Shown here: piece by piece, positions 47,588 to 61,074 of the stretch | How the letters are laid out: each line of letters starts with the position of its first letter | How positions within the stretch are numbered: position 1 is the stretch's first letter | Made by a program: the position numbers and the translations under genes | DNA from: Squalus acanthias | Taxonomy: Eukaryota | Reading direction: 5' to 3' | Assembly (NCBI GenBank): GCA_030390025.1 | Contig: CM059432.1 | Coordinates: 144,772,001-144,836,000, forward strand | DNA: 64,000 nt | The notes under the pieces: generated by a model | Seen by the model: the letters and a program-made list of their open reading frames with translations, nothing else | Databases searched by the model: none | Told to the model about the DNA's origin: nothing

Positions 47588-48329
47588 GAAGAAGCTTAAA
47601 TATCAGAAACTGACATTCTTCCCCACTGACTATTCAAAATCTACGTAGTAGTTATCCACTTCATTAAGTATGTGAATTCAGGCCTATCTGAGAGCTCACC
47701 AAAGACACTGCACAAGTCCACTATCAAGTCATGCACATAATATGCCCCAGCGTATCTTACTGTACGGCACTTGCTGTTTTCTAACAGTTAAATCTTATAA
47801 TCAGGAAGACCAAACTTTGCAAAACACTGCATCAAGAAATTAACATCTTGGTCTTCAACAATGCACCATCCAGTGCTCCTAACTCCCTGCAAAGTATAAA
47901 TCCCTTTCTGATACCAGTACCACATACACAATATTTAATATCATGTTTCTAAATCATTATGCCTTTGCAGTCTCATGGCCCATAACCCAGTAATGGCCTC
48001 ACCATATCTTATCACACCTGTTTTCATTAAATGCTTGACTTAATGTGATGTATATGACCCGTTTTGTTCCTGCATTTCAAATTGTTTGACTATCTACAGA
48101 TTTTATTGCAAGTTTCACCAGATTCTTTTACCTCCAATTGGGTTTTTGAAAGTGTTTTCAAACGCTCATATTTTTGAAATAAATATTAATGCCAAGCTCT
48201 CCATCTGTGATATTCAAAAATAAATTCATTCATGCCGACGAATTTTCCAACTCTACAGTTGCTTCAGACTTAATTTCTCAAATGCTCTTCTTGTCATCGT
48301 TCTGAGCTCCCCCCAAAACTCCACTGCCC

Positions 48330-48825
48330 GCACCATGTCTCACAGAATCCCTCCCTCCCATCACCCCCATCCTCTACTGGCTCCCTGTCAAGCAACACAT
48401 TGAGTTCAAAATCCTTGTCTTCATTTACAAATGCTCCACAGCTTTGCCCCACCCGACCTCCCCAGCCTCCTCCAGCCCTATATTACAACAGTGATTGCAC
48501 TCCAAAAGTACTTCATTGGCTTGGAGACGTCCGGTGGTCGTGAAAGGCACTATATAAACCCAAGTCTTTCTTTCTTTCTACATCCCAATCCATGGTCTCT
48601 GATCCATTGACTCTGACCTCCTGTACAACCCTGCCGCCTCACTCTCCCAATTCCACCATTAGTGACAGGACCACCATCAGCTGTCTCCTCCTTACCTTTA
48701 TAAGCCTCACAACCTCCTTTCAGCCATGCTTTTGGTTATCCCTCCAAATTTTTCTGCTCTGTGTAGTGCTTCGAAACCTTCACTTATGTTAAAAGAGATT
48801 ATATAACTGCAAGTGGTTGTTGTTA
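48330..48825 (+). mobile_element. L2 3' fragment with an inserted DeuSINE tail (~48480-48580)
   Basis: CATCACCCCCATCC..CTGGCTCCC..TTCAAAATCCTTGTC L2 motif, interrupted by AAAAGTACTTCATTGGC..TATATAAACCCAAGTCTTTC. Confidence 0.7.
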
Positions 48826-50076
48826 GAATGGCATGAAAAATACATGAGGTTACTAATCACTGTACTTTATACATTCTCCCTGCAGCCTGAGTCTCCTCTT
48901 TAAAAGAGAAACGAAATGTGGGCCCAGACCAGTAGCACGAAGCTGGTCACCAGCACTTCCTTGATCCTTTCCTGTTTTGTCTGCTGGGGCACTCTACTTG
49001 ATTCACCGCGTTGTTTCACTTAGCCGATGCTGCTAAACATCCAGACAATCACGGGGAAGAACACTGCCGCATGGAATAGCATAAAATATCTCTTTCAAAT
49101 CCTTTGTAGACTGAATATTACAACACTACGATTAAACTCGTGGGAAAAAGAAAAGCATTTAGGTGGTGTACAGTTCACCTAGAATTGGAAAAAAAGGATA
49201 CATTAATAAAAATGTGCTGAGGAACGGAGCTGGTCTCAGGTACTTGCCGTCTTAATTGTTTTCTGAAAGCCTGACAGCATTATTGTATAAATGAGTTCAT
49301 CAGCCCTAGCCTACTACAATGCAACACTGGTGGCATGAGATGACCTCTAACTCAGGAGCAAAACAGATTCTAAACATTGAAGGCTTCATCTGCTGATTTT
49401 CTATTCCAGCACAATACACTGTATTTTAACTATTTTTAAGGTAGTGAACACATCATTTTAAATATACTTTTTTTTTAATATAAAGCATAATTTCTGACAA
49501 AGGTAATCATATCTGTTGAAAATAAAATGGTTTATCATTTTACCATCCTTTTCGTACCCAGGCTCGATAAGCCACCTCAGCAAGAAATGCCATTTAATCG
49601 TTTGTACGCAAACCAGAGCTGATCTCCAGTGGCATTGCGCAGGAGTAGTGCAGACCACAGGGTGGGCAGCTTAGTCGTTGGGTGAGGAAGAGAGCATTGT
49701 TTCAGATAGTGGATCAGTCAGAGCATGCTCGGGAGGCAAACACAGGGAGGCTGACTCTTTGCGCCTGCATTATTCAGGGTCAGGCAAGCAGGAAGATGCA
49801 GCTGTAGGTCGGGAACTATAGCGGGGAGGCTGCTGGCTACAAAGCAGCCACTTGGAATCAGAATAGCAGGAAGACTCCCATGTACGCACAGCACACATCA
49901 TTTTATAACAAGAAGAAATGGGACAAACTCAGTTAAAAATAAACCAAATTCTGCAACCCAAAGAACAAAATGGGCAAAACACTAATCATGGAAAAAGCCT
50001 TACTCTCTCAGAGTAACGCGAACTACTCTCAGTGACAGGTCAAATAGAATTGATGACAATTATGTGAGGTAAATGG

Positions 50077-53000
50077 GCAGATGCATCTGTCCATGACAGC
50101 ATTGGCAGCAGTGACCACCGCACTGTCATTGTGGAGACGAAGTCCCGTCTTCACACTGAGAACACGCTCCATCGTGTTGTGTGGCACTACCACCGTGCTA
50201 AATGGGATAGATTCAGCACAGATCTAGCAGCATAAAACTGGGCATCCATGAGGCGCTGTGGGCCATCAGCAGCAGCAGAATTGTATTCCACCACAATCTG
50301 TAACCTCATGGCCCGGCATATCCCTCACTCTACCATTACCACCAAGCCAGGGGATCAACCTGGAAGTGCAACGAGACCTGGGTGTCCTTGTGCACCAGTC
50401 GCTGAAGGTAAGCATGCAAGTGCAGCAGGCGGTTAAGAAGGCAAATGGTATGTTGGCCTTCGTAGCGAGAGGATTAGAGTACAGGAGCAAGGATGTCTTG
50501 CTGCAGTTGTACAGGGCCTTGGTGAGACCACACCTTGAGTATTGTGTGCAGTTTTGGTCGCCTTATCTGAGGAAGGATGTTCTTGCCATGGAGGGAGTGC
50601 AGCGAAGATTCACCAGACTGATACCTGGGATGGCAGGAATGATGTATGAGGAGAGATTAGGTCGATTAGGCTTATATTCGCTAGAGTTTAGAAGAATGAG
50701 AGGGGATCTCATTGAAACTTATAAAATTCTAACAGGACTAGACAGACTAGATGCAGGAAGGATGTTCCTGATGGCGGGGGAGTCCAGAACCAGGGGGGTC
50801 ACAGTCTAAGGATAAGGGGTAAGCCATTTAGGACTGAGATGAGGAGGAATTTCTTCACCCAGAGAGTGGTGAACCTGTGGAATTCTCTACCACACAAGGC
50901 AGTTGAGGCCAATTCATTAAATATATTCAAGAAGGAGTTGGATATATTTCTTAAGGCTAAAGGGATCAAGGGATATGGGAAGAAAGCAGGGACAGGGTAC
51001 TGAATTTGGATGATCAGCCATGATCTCATTAAATGGCGGAACAGGCTCGAGGGGCCGAATGGCCTACTCCTGCTCCTATCTTCTAGGTTTCTATTAACCC
51101 TGGTTCAACGACAAGTGTAGAAGAGCATGCCAGGAGCAGCACCAGGCATACCTAAAAATGACGTGCCAACCTGGGGAAGCTGCAACACAGGATTACATGC
51201 ATGCTAAAAAGCGGAAGTAGCATGCTATAGACAGGGTTAAGCGATCCCACAATCAACGGATCAAATCATAGCTCTGCAGTCCTGCCACATCCAGTCGTGA
51301 ATGGTGGCGGACCATTAAACAACTAACGGGAGGAGGAGGCTCCAAGAATATCCCCATCCTCAATGATGGTGGAGCCCAGCACGTGACAAGGCTGAAGCGT
51401 TTGCAACCAACTTCAGCCAGAAGTGCTGAGTGGATGATCCATATCGGCCTACTCCCGAGGTCCCCACCATCATAGAAGCCATTCGTCAGCCAATTCGATT
51501 CACTCCACATGATATCAAGAAATGGCTGAGCGCACTGGATACAGCAAAGGCTATGGGCCCCGACAACATCCCGGCTATCGTGCTAAAGACTTGTGCTCCA
51601 GAACTAGCCGCGCCTCTAGCCAAGCTCTTCCAGTACAGCTACAACACTGGCATCTATCCGAAATGTGGAAAACTGCCCAGGTATGTCCTGTCCACAAAAA
51701 GCAGGACAAATCCAACCCGGCCAATTACCGCCCCATCAGTCTACTCTCAATCATCAGCAAAGGGATGGAAGGTGTCATCGACAGTGCTATCAAGCGGCAC
51801 TTACTCACCAATAACCTGTTCACTGATGCCCAGTTTGGGTTCCGCCAAGACCACTCGACTCCCGACCTCATTACAGCCTTGGTCCAAACATGGACAAAGG
51901 AGCTGAATTCCAGAGGTGAGGTGAGAGTGACTGCCCTTGACATCAAGGCAGCATTTGACCGAGTCTGGCATCAAGGAGCCCTAGTAAAACTGAAGTCAAT
52001 GGGAATCGGGGGGAAAATGCTCCACTGGCTGGAGTCATACCTAACACAAAGGAAGATGGTTGTGGTGGTTGAAGGTCAATCATCACAGCCCCAGGACATC
52101 GCTGCAGGAGTTCCTTAGGGCAGTGTCCTAGGCCCAACCATCTTCAGCTGCTTCATCAATGACCTTCCCTCCAACATAAGGTCAGAAATGGGGATGTTCG
52201 CTGATGTCTGCACAGTGTTCAGCGTCATTCGCAACTCCATAGATAATGCCCGCATGCAACAAGACCTGGACGACGTTCAGGCTTGGGCTGATAAGTGGCA
52301 GGTAACATTCGTGCCACAGAAGTGCCAGGCAATGACTATCTCCAACAAGCGAGAGTCTAACCACCTCCCCTTGACATTCAATGGCATTACCATTGCCGAA
52401 TCCCCCACCATCAACATCCTGGGGGTCACCATTAACCAGAAACTTAACTGGACCAGCCACATAAATACTGTGGCAACACGGACAGGTCAGAGGCTAGGTA
52501 TTCTGCGGTGAGTGTCTCACCGCCTGACTCCCCAAAGCCTTTCCACCATCTACAAGGCACAAGTAAGGAGTGTGATGGAATAATCTCCACTTGCCTGGAT
52601 GAGTGCAGCTCCAACAACACTCAAGAAGCTCAACACCATCCAGGACAAAGCAGCCCGCTTGATTGGCACCCCATCCACCACCTTAAACATTCACTCCCTC
52701 CACCACCGGCGTACCGTGGCTGCAGTGTGTACCATCTACAAGATGCACTGCAGCAACGCGACAAGGCTACTTCGGCAGCACCTCCCAAACTCGCGACCTC
52801 TTCCAGCTAGAAGGACAAGGGCAGCAGGCACATGGGAACACCAGCACCTACAAGTTCCCCTCCAAGTCACACACCATCCTGACTTAGAAGTATATCGGCC
52901 GATCCTTCACCGTCGCTGGGTCAAAATCCTGGAACTCCCTCCCTAACAGCACTGTGGGAGTTCCTTCACCACATGGACTGCAGCGGTTCAAGGCGGCGGC

Positions 53001-53090
53001 TCACCACCACCTGCTCAAGGGCAACTAGGGATGGGCAATAAATGCTGGCATTGCCAGCGACGCCCACATCCCATAAACGAATTTTTAAAA
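50077..53090 (+). mobile_element. Second copy of the CR1/Jockey-group LINE, interrupted by a CR1 insertion
   Basis: Colinear with ~20580-22816. MGPDNIPAIVLKTCAPELA, NYRPISLLS, LDIKAAFDRVWH and MFADV motifs. Confidence 0.92.
50364..51095 (+). mobile_element. CR1 (HER1-like) 3' fragment nested in another LINE
   Basis: Open RDLGVLVHQSLK..LYRALVRPHLEYCVQFWSPYLRKD frame and CR1 tail. AACC(C)TGG present on both flanks. Confidence 0.93.
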
Positions 53091-54058
53091 AATAGCAAAA
53101 GTCACTTGAGTTCCAACCAAAGGTCTGTTAACAGGACAGAACCAATGATTTTTCCATTTGTGCAACTAAAGGTAGTGACTAGTGACAAATATTTTCATGC
53201 TTCTTATAGCAATAACACATTTTACTTGCACACACTTTTTTTATAGTGTTGTTAAACACCCGACACCTCCCCTAAAGCTACGCTGCTTGGTCAGGGGTTG
53301 TGGTGAGGGGGTTCAGAATGCCATCAATCTTACTGTCTTCTGAGCACTAGTACAATTGAGTGGTGTGACAAATGATTGTCCCCAGGCTAACTTTCCTTTC
53401 ATCCGACAGAAGACCCAATGAAGGCCAGTGGAATTCACAAGCCAGGAAAAGCCTGGGTGCAAACATCTTATGAGAGTCTCGCAGTGAGGAGGAGTCCAAA
53501 ATTATAGCTCCTTGGGAGCCTTAAGGAAAGAGAACTAAACACCATCAATTGCTGGGACAATGCTCGGTTGAGTTATGTATGTCATGGTACATGTCGCAAT
53601 CAATCATTATGACTAATTTGTTAGTTTAAAGCAAAATTAAGATAATGGTTCTATATTAAGGCGCATTGGTATTCTTGGTTTAAAAATTAAGATTTATGTT
53701 TTTACAAGTTTATTCATTTACACTTTCCATCTTGTCAAACTCAATATAGCTGCATGTAGGGTCCTAAATGATGTAGAGAGGATATTGCCCAGTATGAAAG
53801 ACGCAAAGCCATTTGTGAATTACCTTCAATTTGGGTTTTATGTTTAATTACACCATCAGCACAATAAAAAAGTGTCGTTACAAGTGTTTGGGGGGGGGAG
53901 GGGGGGAATACTGTAGGTTCAGGTGTGTGGAGATTTAACCCTACAAACAGATCCAAGTGATTTAAACCTCATGATTAATGTAACAGAAAGCTATTTTGTG
54001 TTCAAAATATCTTGAACATTTCTCAAATCAACAAGTGATATAAAAGTGTTTAACTTAC

Positions 54059-54073
54059 CTTCAGGGTTCCGCT
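54059..54073 (-). CDS. BBS9: BBS9 15-nt microexon, (E)RNPE(G)
   Basis: Minus strand reads ...gtgctttctttggtaaccag|AGCGGAACCCTGAAG|gtaagt. Phase 1/1, joins in frame to the 141-nt exon. Matches the DRNPDG segment of vertebrate BBS9 as recalled. Confidence 0.88.
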
Positions 54074-56129
54074 CTGGTTACCAAAGAAAGCACAAGGGAA
54101 AACAGAACACAATAAGCAACATGCCAGCTCATCGGACAGAAGTAGAAATTAGTCTCTTCCCATAACTATCTCCGTTCTCACCTCCCACTCCCAAATCCCT
54201 TCCTTTTCTGTCTTTTTCAGGGTCACAAAATGGGTTGAGATGGAAAAAAAAGAACCTTAGACCCATTTAACCTCATCTATCCCGAATACACTGTATTATA
54301 ATAATTTACATTTATTGCAGTCACATTAGCAAAACCTTTGCATAGAAGGCTCAAATTAATGCTAAATGCTAGTGATTTTTCTCAATTCTGCATCAGTAAC
54401 AACACGTTACTAATCAATTTTGCAACTATGTCTTAGTACTCCAATATTTTGTTTTCATCTCGTGCTTTTTCGTGTAGTTTTCATTAAGATCTTCGTTTTA
54501 CTAGTATGAAGGAAAATTTGCCAGCACCTGTTAAACACTAGCAAATATCTGCTGCTGAGAAGTAGTCAGATTTGAACCTAGTGTGTGTGTAAGCAGAGGT
54601 TTACGAAATGACCCAAGACAGTATACCAGCCCTAATTTTACGCTGGGATTTCTAGTGCTAAAAGCTTATTACAATGTATTACTGTACCTCAATAATGGGT
54701 GAAATGCCCAGTCTTAAAAATGTAATGCACTCACTCTAATGCAGGCGGATTCATGGATTACAAACTTCCCTTTCGCATACAATAATTTGAAAGACAAATG
54801 TTGGGAGAGAACGAAAACCGTATGATAAACTTCAACTGCACTGATCAAGCAGTTTATTAGCAGAATCTGATGCCTGAATTGCAACCTTTAACTCCCTTCA
54901 ATATCCTGTCATTTTATGTTATTGTAAATACAAGTTACACTTCTGAAGGAAAAATAAAATATGGTGCAGAAAACCGAGTCCTGTGGGAAGAATATTGACA
55001 GTTGCAGAAAGAACCACAAAACCACAATAACACTCACTGAAGGAAGCTGTGAGTTCATGAATCATGCAATTCAGAGCAAAGTGTAAACAAAGCACACTAA
55101 TGACACAGTAATGCAATACCACATTGAAAGATGGAAATCCTAACCACTGGCACAGATTATTAATGGAACAGCTTCATTCCCAAGAGTACATGGTGCCCAG
55201 TGCTCTTCACCAGCCCATGATTATGTCCCAGGACCTTGTACAGACACTGGTGACCACTCATTAAACTCGGCAGTTTCAACAGTTGCACAATTTGCGAAGG
55301 TTCAACATTAGTAAGAGTGTTGTACATCAGCTTGTGCACAAAAAAGCTGCAGAATTTACATCCGTCTTAACAGCTACCCAGAAGGAATCCCCAACACCCA
55401 AAAGAGATAATACTCATCACTGTTTATCATGGTCTGTCAGGCACAGTAAGCAAATGAGCTGCTCTCATTCCCATTAAGAATGTTTCAAATAACATAATTA
55501 TCTGAAGGACTGAAAAATCCCAGATCTCGGAACCTGGATAACCCGGACTACTTAAGAAAACTATTAGGATTCCTTATTTTTCCCCTCAAATGTCCAAAAA
55601 AGGACAATTAATGCCAAAGATTGATGTTTCCTTTGAGTTAGCCTACAGCATGACAGTTTACAGTGTCCTGATAATTTGCTGTTTAAAAAGCTAGGTGGAT
55701 CTGTACTGGAGCAGGGGAGATATTGTAGTCACTTGTTAACAAGTCACAATGCATTGGATAAAAAGCCAGCCTAAAATCAGCAGCCGGTTATTGTGCTACA
55801 CTAGTTTGACCAAACCACACGTGAGTAGTAGAACCAAGAGAACTGCAGAACGCAGCACTCGGGTAACAGAATGATCATTTCCACTTCTCGATACTTTTCA
55901 AAATCACAATCAATATTCTTAAATTATCTTTACTGAAAGCCAAAAGTTGCATAATCACATGTAATTAAAGTTTCTCAAAACAAGAACTTGAAAACTTTTG
56001 CACATTACCATCCTGCTCTCTGATGCATTGTCACATTAATCTATGGCAACAGCTCATTACTTTTACATTAATCACCACTGCTGAGGAATCAAAGTATATC
56101 AAGACTAAGCAATTCACAAATAAATACAG

Positions 56130-56570
56130 ATGAGGAAAGCCATTAGGCCAATCCGTCCAGTAACGAACCCACTTCCCCCTGTACAGCATCAGCTGTTTGA
56201 GATTTTGTTTCCACTGCCCAACACAGAAATCCAGTCCGTGAAGAACCGCCTGCCATCAGTACTAAATTTGCCTTCTGTTAGTTCATAATTGTGGCCCCTT
56301 GTCCAATTGCCACAGGTCAATTTGAAGTAAACTCCAGATTTGCTGATGAATCTCCTTTCAAAACGGAAAAGCCCAACTTTCTCTTGCTTTTTCCGCATAA
56401 CTCGATCATCTGATATGAGGGATGGGCGTCATGCGCCTTCTCGACACTACCTCCTCGGCTCGAATGTCTTCCTTGTGTTTTGATGGACAAAATGGATGTA
56501 CTAGTCAAACTGCAGTGTCACCAGAATATTTGCATAGTATTAGCATGACCTCTTCCCATTCTTATTCTAT
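56130..56570 (-). mobile_element. Old CR1 3' fragment, probably continuing at ~60640-60980
   Basis: KVGLFRFERR and WTRGHNYEL..GKFSTDGRRFFT peptides. 60640-60980 carries a SAPGIGVGAP ([13 protein letters not shown]) RT remnant on the same strand. Confidence 0.6.
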
Positions 56571-56591
56571 AGATGCTGAGCGATATAGTTC

Positions 56592-56755
56592 AAAAGAAAA
56601 GAACGACTTGCATTTATATGGCACCTTTCACGATCACCGGACGCCCAAAGTGCTTTACAGCCAATGAAGTACTTTTTGAAGTGGAGTCCCTGCTGTAATG
56701 TAGGAAATACGGCAGCCAATTTGCGCACAGCAAGATCCCACAAACACCAATGAAC
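56592..56755 (-). mobile_element. DeuSINE 3' half; remainder at ~60396-60512
   Basis: Matches 6745-6900. The continuation GGTTGAGGGATAAATGCTGGCCAGGACACC resumes after the CR1 insertion. Confidence 0.82.
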
Positions 56756-59700
56756 ATAAGAACATAAGAAATAAGAGCATGAGGCCATATGGCCCCTCGA
56801 GCCTGCTCCGCCATTCAATAAGATCATGGCTGATCATCGACCTCAACTCCACTTTCCCGCCTGATCTCCATATCCCTTGATTCCCCTCGAGTCCAAAAAT
56901 CTATCTATCTCGGCCTTGAATATACTCAGCATTCACAGTCCTCTGGGGCAGAGAATTCCAAAGATTCACAACCTTCTGAATGAAGAAATTCCTCCTCATC
57001 TCAGTCTTAAATGGCCTACCCATTATCCTGAGACTATGACCCCTACTTCTAGACACTCCAGACAGGGGAAACAACCTCTCAGCATCAACCCTGTCAATCC
57101 TCTTCAGAATCTTGTATGTTTCAATGAGATCACCTCTCACTCTTCTAAACTCCAGAGAGTATAGGCCCATTCTACACAATCTCTCATCATAGGACAGCCC
57201 TCTCATCCCAGGAATCAATCTAGTGAACCTGCGTTGCACCGCCTCCAAGGCAAGTATATACTTCATTAAATAAGGAGACCAAAACTGTGCACAGTACTCC
57301 AGGTGTGGTCTCACCAAGGCCCTGTACAATTGTAGCAAGACTTCCTTACTCTTATACACCAACCCCCTTACAATAAAGGCCAACATGCCATTTGCCTTCC
57401 TTATTGCTTGCAGTACCTGCATGCTAGCTTTCTGTGTTTCTTGCATGAGGACACCCAAATCTCTCTGAGCACCAACATTTGAATGTTTCTCACCATTTAA
57501 AAAAATATTCTGTTTTTCTATTCTTCCTACCAAAGTGAATAACCTCACATTTCCCTACATTATACTCCATCTGCCACCTTACTGCCCACTCACTTAGTCT
57601 ATCTATATCCCTTTGCAGACTCTGTGTTCTCCTCACAGCTTACTGTCCAACCAGCTTTGTATCATCAGCAAACTTGGATAAATTACACTTGGTCCCTTCA
57701 TCTAGGTCATTAATATAGATTGTAAATAGCTGAGGCCCCAACACTGATCCTTGTGGAACCCCACTAGTTACAGCCTGCCAACCTGAAAAAGATCCGTTTA
57801 TCCCTACTCTCTGTTTTCTGTCCGTTAACCAATCCTCTATCCATGCTACTATATTACCCCCAACCCCATGAGCCCTAATCTTGTGTAATAACCTTTTATG
57901 TGGCACCTTATCGAATGTCTTTTGGAAATCCAAATATACTACAGGAAACTCTTTGGTATCCGGCACCGGCGTGGTGCCGGTTGATCAAAAGTTCCGGATA
58001 ACGTTGAGTTATATCTACCGAGGCTATTTTTAACATAAAAAAATCAAGAAATGTGCAGTATACAGTATTTGGTTACTCACCTACAGAATGTTGTGTTAAA
58101 TGGATGGTGGAAGATGCTTGATTAAGTACAGTACTGCCAGTTGAGGGTAATCCATAACTCTTTAATTACTTAACAGTAAGTGAGACTCCCGGCAGCACAG
58201 GAGAATCAGACTCCTGTTACTGCAGTGTTCGGACTTCCGACAGCGCCAGGAGGCCGAGTAGTGGCACTTTGGAGAACTGCCCCCACTGACTAACTCGGCG
58301 TTCGCGGGAGACTCGGACTCGGACTCGGCCTCGGCAACATTGCCGGTTATTTGAGAGGAGTTTTCGGAGTACTCGGCGTTCGCGGGAGACTCGGACTCGG
58401 CAACATTGCCGGTTATTTGAGAGGAGTTTTCGGAGTATGATTTTTGCCGGTTAAGAGAGAATTCCGGATATTTAGGTGCTGGTTAAACAAGAGTTTCTGT
58501 ACATCCACTGGTGCCCCTATATCTACCCTGTAAATTACATCCTCAAAAAACTCTAATAAATTTGTCAAACACGATTTCCCTTTCATAAAACCATGTTGAC
58601 TGTGCCTAATCATTTTATGATTTTCTAAGTGCCCTGATACCACTTCCTTAACAATGGATTCGAGCATTTTCCCAACGACTGATGTCAGGCTAACTGGCCT
58701 GTAGCTCCCTGTTTTTTCTCTCCCTCCTTTCTTGAATAGCTGTGTTACATTTGCGACCTTCCAATCTGCTGGGACCATTCTAGAATCTAGAGAATTTTGG
58801 CAGATCAAAACCAATGCATCCATTATCTCTTCAGCCACCTCTTTTAGAACCCTAGGATGTAGGCCGTCAGGTCCAGGGGATTTGTCGGCTTTTAGTCCCA
58901 TTAGTTTCTCTGGTACTTTTTCTCGACTTAGATTAATTATGTTAAGTTCCTCACCCTCATTGGACCCTTGGCTCCCCAACATTTTTGGTATGCTTTTTGT
59001 GTCTTCTACTGTGAAGACAGATACAAAATATTTGTTTAACGTTTCTGCCATTTCCTTATTCCCCATAATAATTTCTCCTGTCTCAGCCTCTAAGGGACCA
59101 ATATTTACTTTTGCTACTCTCTTTCTTTTTACATACTTGTGGAGGCTCTTACAATCTGCTTTTATATTTCTTGCTAGTTTTCTCTCATTCTATTTTTTCC
59201 TTTTTTATCAATTTTTTGGTCAACCTTTGCTGGTTTCTGAAACTCTCCCAATCCTCAGGCTTACTATTATTATTTGCAACATTATAAGCTTCTTCTTTCA
59301 ATCTAATGCTATCCTTAACTTCTTTAGTTAGCCATGGTTAGATCACTTTTCCCATGGAGTTTTTGTTTCTCAATGGAATGTATTTTTGTTGAGAATTATG
59401 AAATATTTCTTTAAATGCTAGCCACTGCTTATCTACCGCCATACCTTTTAATCTATTTTTTCAATCTACCTTAGCCAACTTGCCCCTCATACCTATGTAA
59501 TTGGCTTTATTTAAGTTTAAGAGACTAGTTTCGGACTTCGGCAAGTCACTCTCAAAATTAGGGTGAAATTCTATCATATTATGATCACTCTGCCCCAGAG
59601 GATCCTTTATTATGAGATTGCTAATTAACCCTGTCTCATTACACAATACAAAATCTAAAATAGCCTGTTCCCTGGTTGGTTCCATGACATATTGTTCTAG

Positions 59701-60390
59701 GAAACTGTCCCGAATACATTCCATGAACTCATCCTCCAGACTACCTTTGCCAATTTGATTTGTCCAGTCTATATGAAGATTAAAGTCCCCCAAGATTATT
59801 GCATTACATTTGTTGCAAGCTCCTACTATTTCTTGATCAATATTCTGTCCAACAGTATAGCTACTGTTAGGGGGCCTATATACTACTCCTACCAGCGTTT
59901 TCTGCCCCTTGTTATTTCTCATCTCCACCCATACTGATTCTACTTCCTGATCTTCCGAGCCAAGATCCTTTCTCGCTACTGTCCTTTTGTCATCCTTTAT
60001 TATCAGGGCTACTCCCCCTCCTTTTCCATTCTGCCTGTCTTTTCAAAACATCAAGTACACTGGAACATTTAGTTCCCAACCTTGGCCACCTTGCAACCAC
60101 GTATCTGTAATGGCTATTAGATCAAACCCATTTATCTCTATTGGTGCCGCTAGTTCGTCTATCTTGTTACGAATGCTTCGTGCATTCAGATAAAGAGCCT
60201 TTAATTTAATTTTTTTACCATTATTCCCTGCCTTGACCTTATTCACTGCTGCACTGCTACCGTTAAACTCTCTGTCCCTTCCTGTCACACTCTGCTTATT
60301 TTTACCCAAATCGCTACACTGCTCTATTGCCATGACCTTTCCCTTCAGATTTCTACATTTCCCCTCACCTGACCTCTTCCCTCCCCCCCT
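56756..60390 (-). mobile_element. CR1 (HER1-like) LINE with nearly complete but disrupted ORF2 (APE endonuclease and RT)
   Basis: [82 protein letters not shown] and KFADD. Candidate TSD TGAAC at 56751-56755 and 60391-60395. Confidence 0.96.
57942..58499. mobile_element. pogo/Tigger-like MITE, copy 2, inserted in the CR1 RT
   Basis: CAGGAAACTCTTTGGTATCCGGCACC ... GGTGCTGGTTAAACAAGAGTTTCTG with TA duplication. Removal restores ..VDVVYLDF. Internal ~70-80-bp tandem duplication at ~58292-58438. Confidence 0.9.
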
Positions 60391-61074
60391 TGAACTAAAT
60401 GACGTTAGTTTCCTTTGGTGGTGTTGGTTGAGGGATAAATGCTGGCCAGGACACCGGGAGGACGCCTCAGCTCTTCTGTGAATAGTGTCATGAGATCGTT
60501 TACACCCACCTGGTTACAACTTACTTTGTTGATTGCTGTGTCAGATTAAGCTTGGAGTCCTGTGACATCCTAGATTTCTTTCAACTTCACTCTTAGCGAG
60601 GTTGGTCCTATTCATGAAGTATGTATGTCACCCACTTTTTCTTCCATTGAGCGATTTTTCACTGTTATCCATACTGAAGTTCATCTGCCACTTTTTCACC
60701 CAGTTTGATTTTACTTGCCACGTTTTGTTGATCCTTGCCTGCCTCATCAGACTGATTGGGCGACCTTTCCCAGCCCCGTAACGTTTGCAAATATGAACTT
60801 AGAGAGTTTCCCAACTCTTGATGTAAATTAGTAACAGTAGGGGCTCCAACACCAATCCCAGGGGCACTGCAAAAAGTACTCTTGCATCCCTCCATAGCCA
60901 GTATCACTTCCCTAACAAATATTCAGTGTCATTTCCTTCAACTAGTCTCTTGTCCATTTCCAGGTTGTGTCACAAATTCTCGCTGCTTTATCAAATGATA
61001 AAGCACTGGTGTTCCAACCAAAAGGTCAAAGAGTTGATTCCCAGGATTGCCCATCACATCTGGGACAAATCAAA

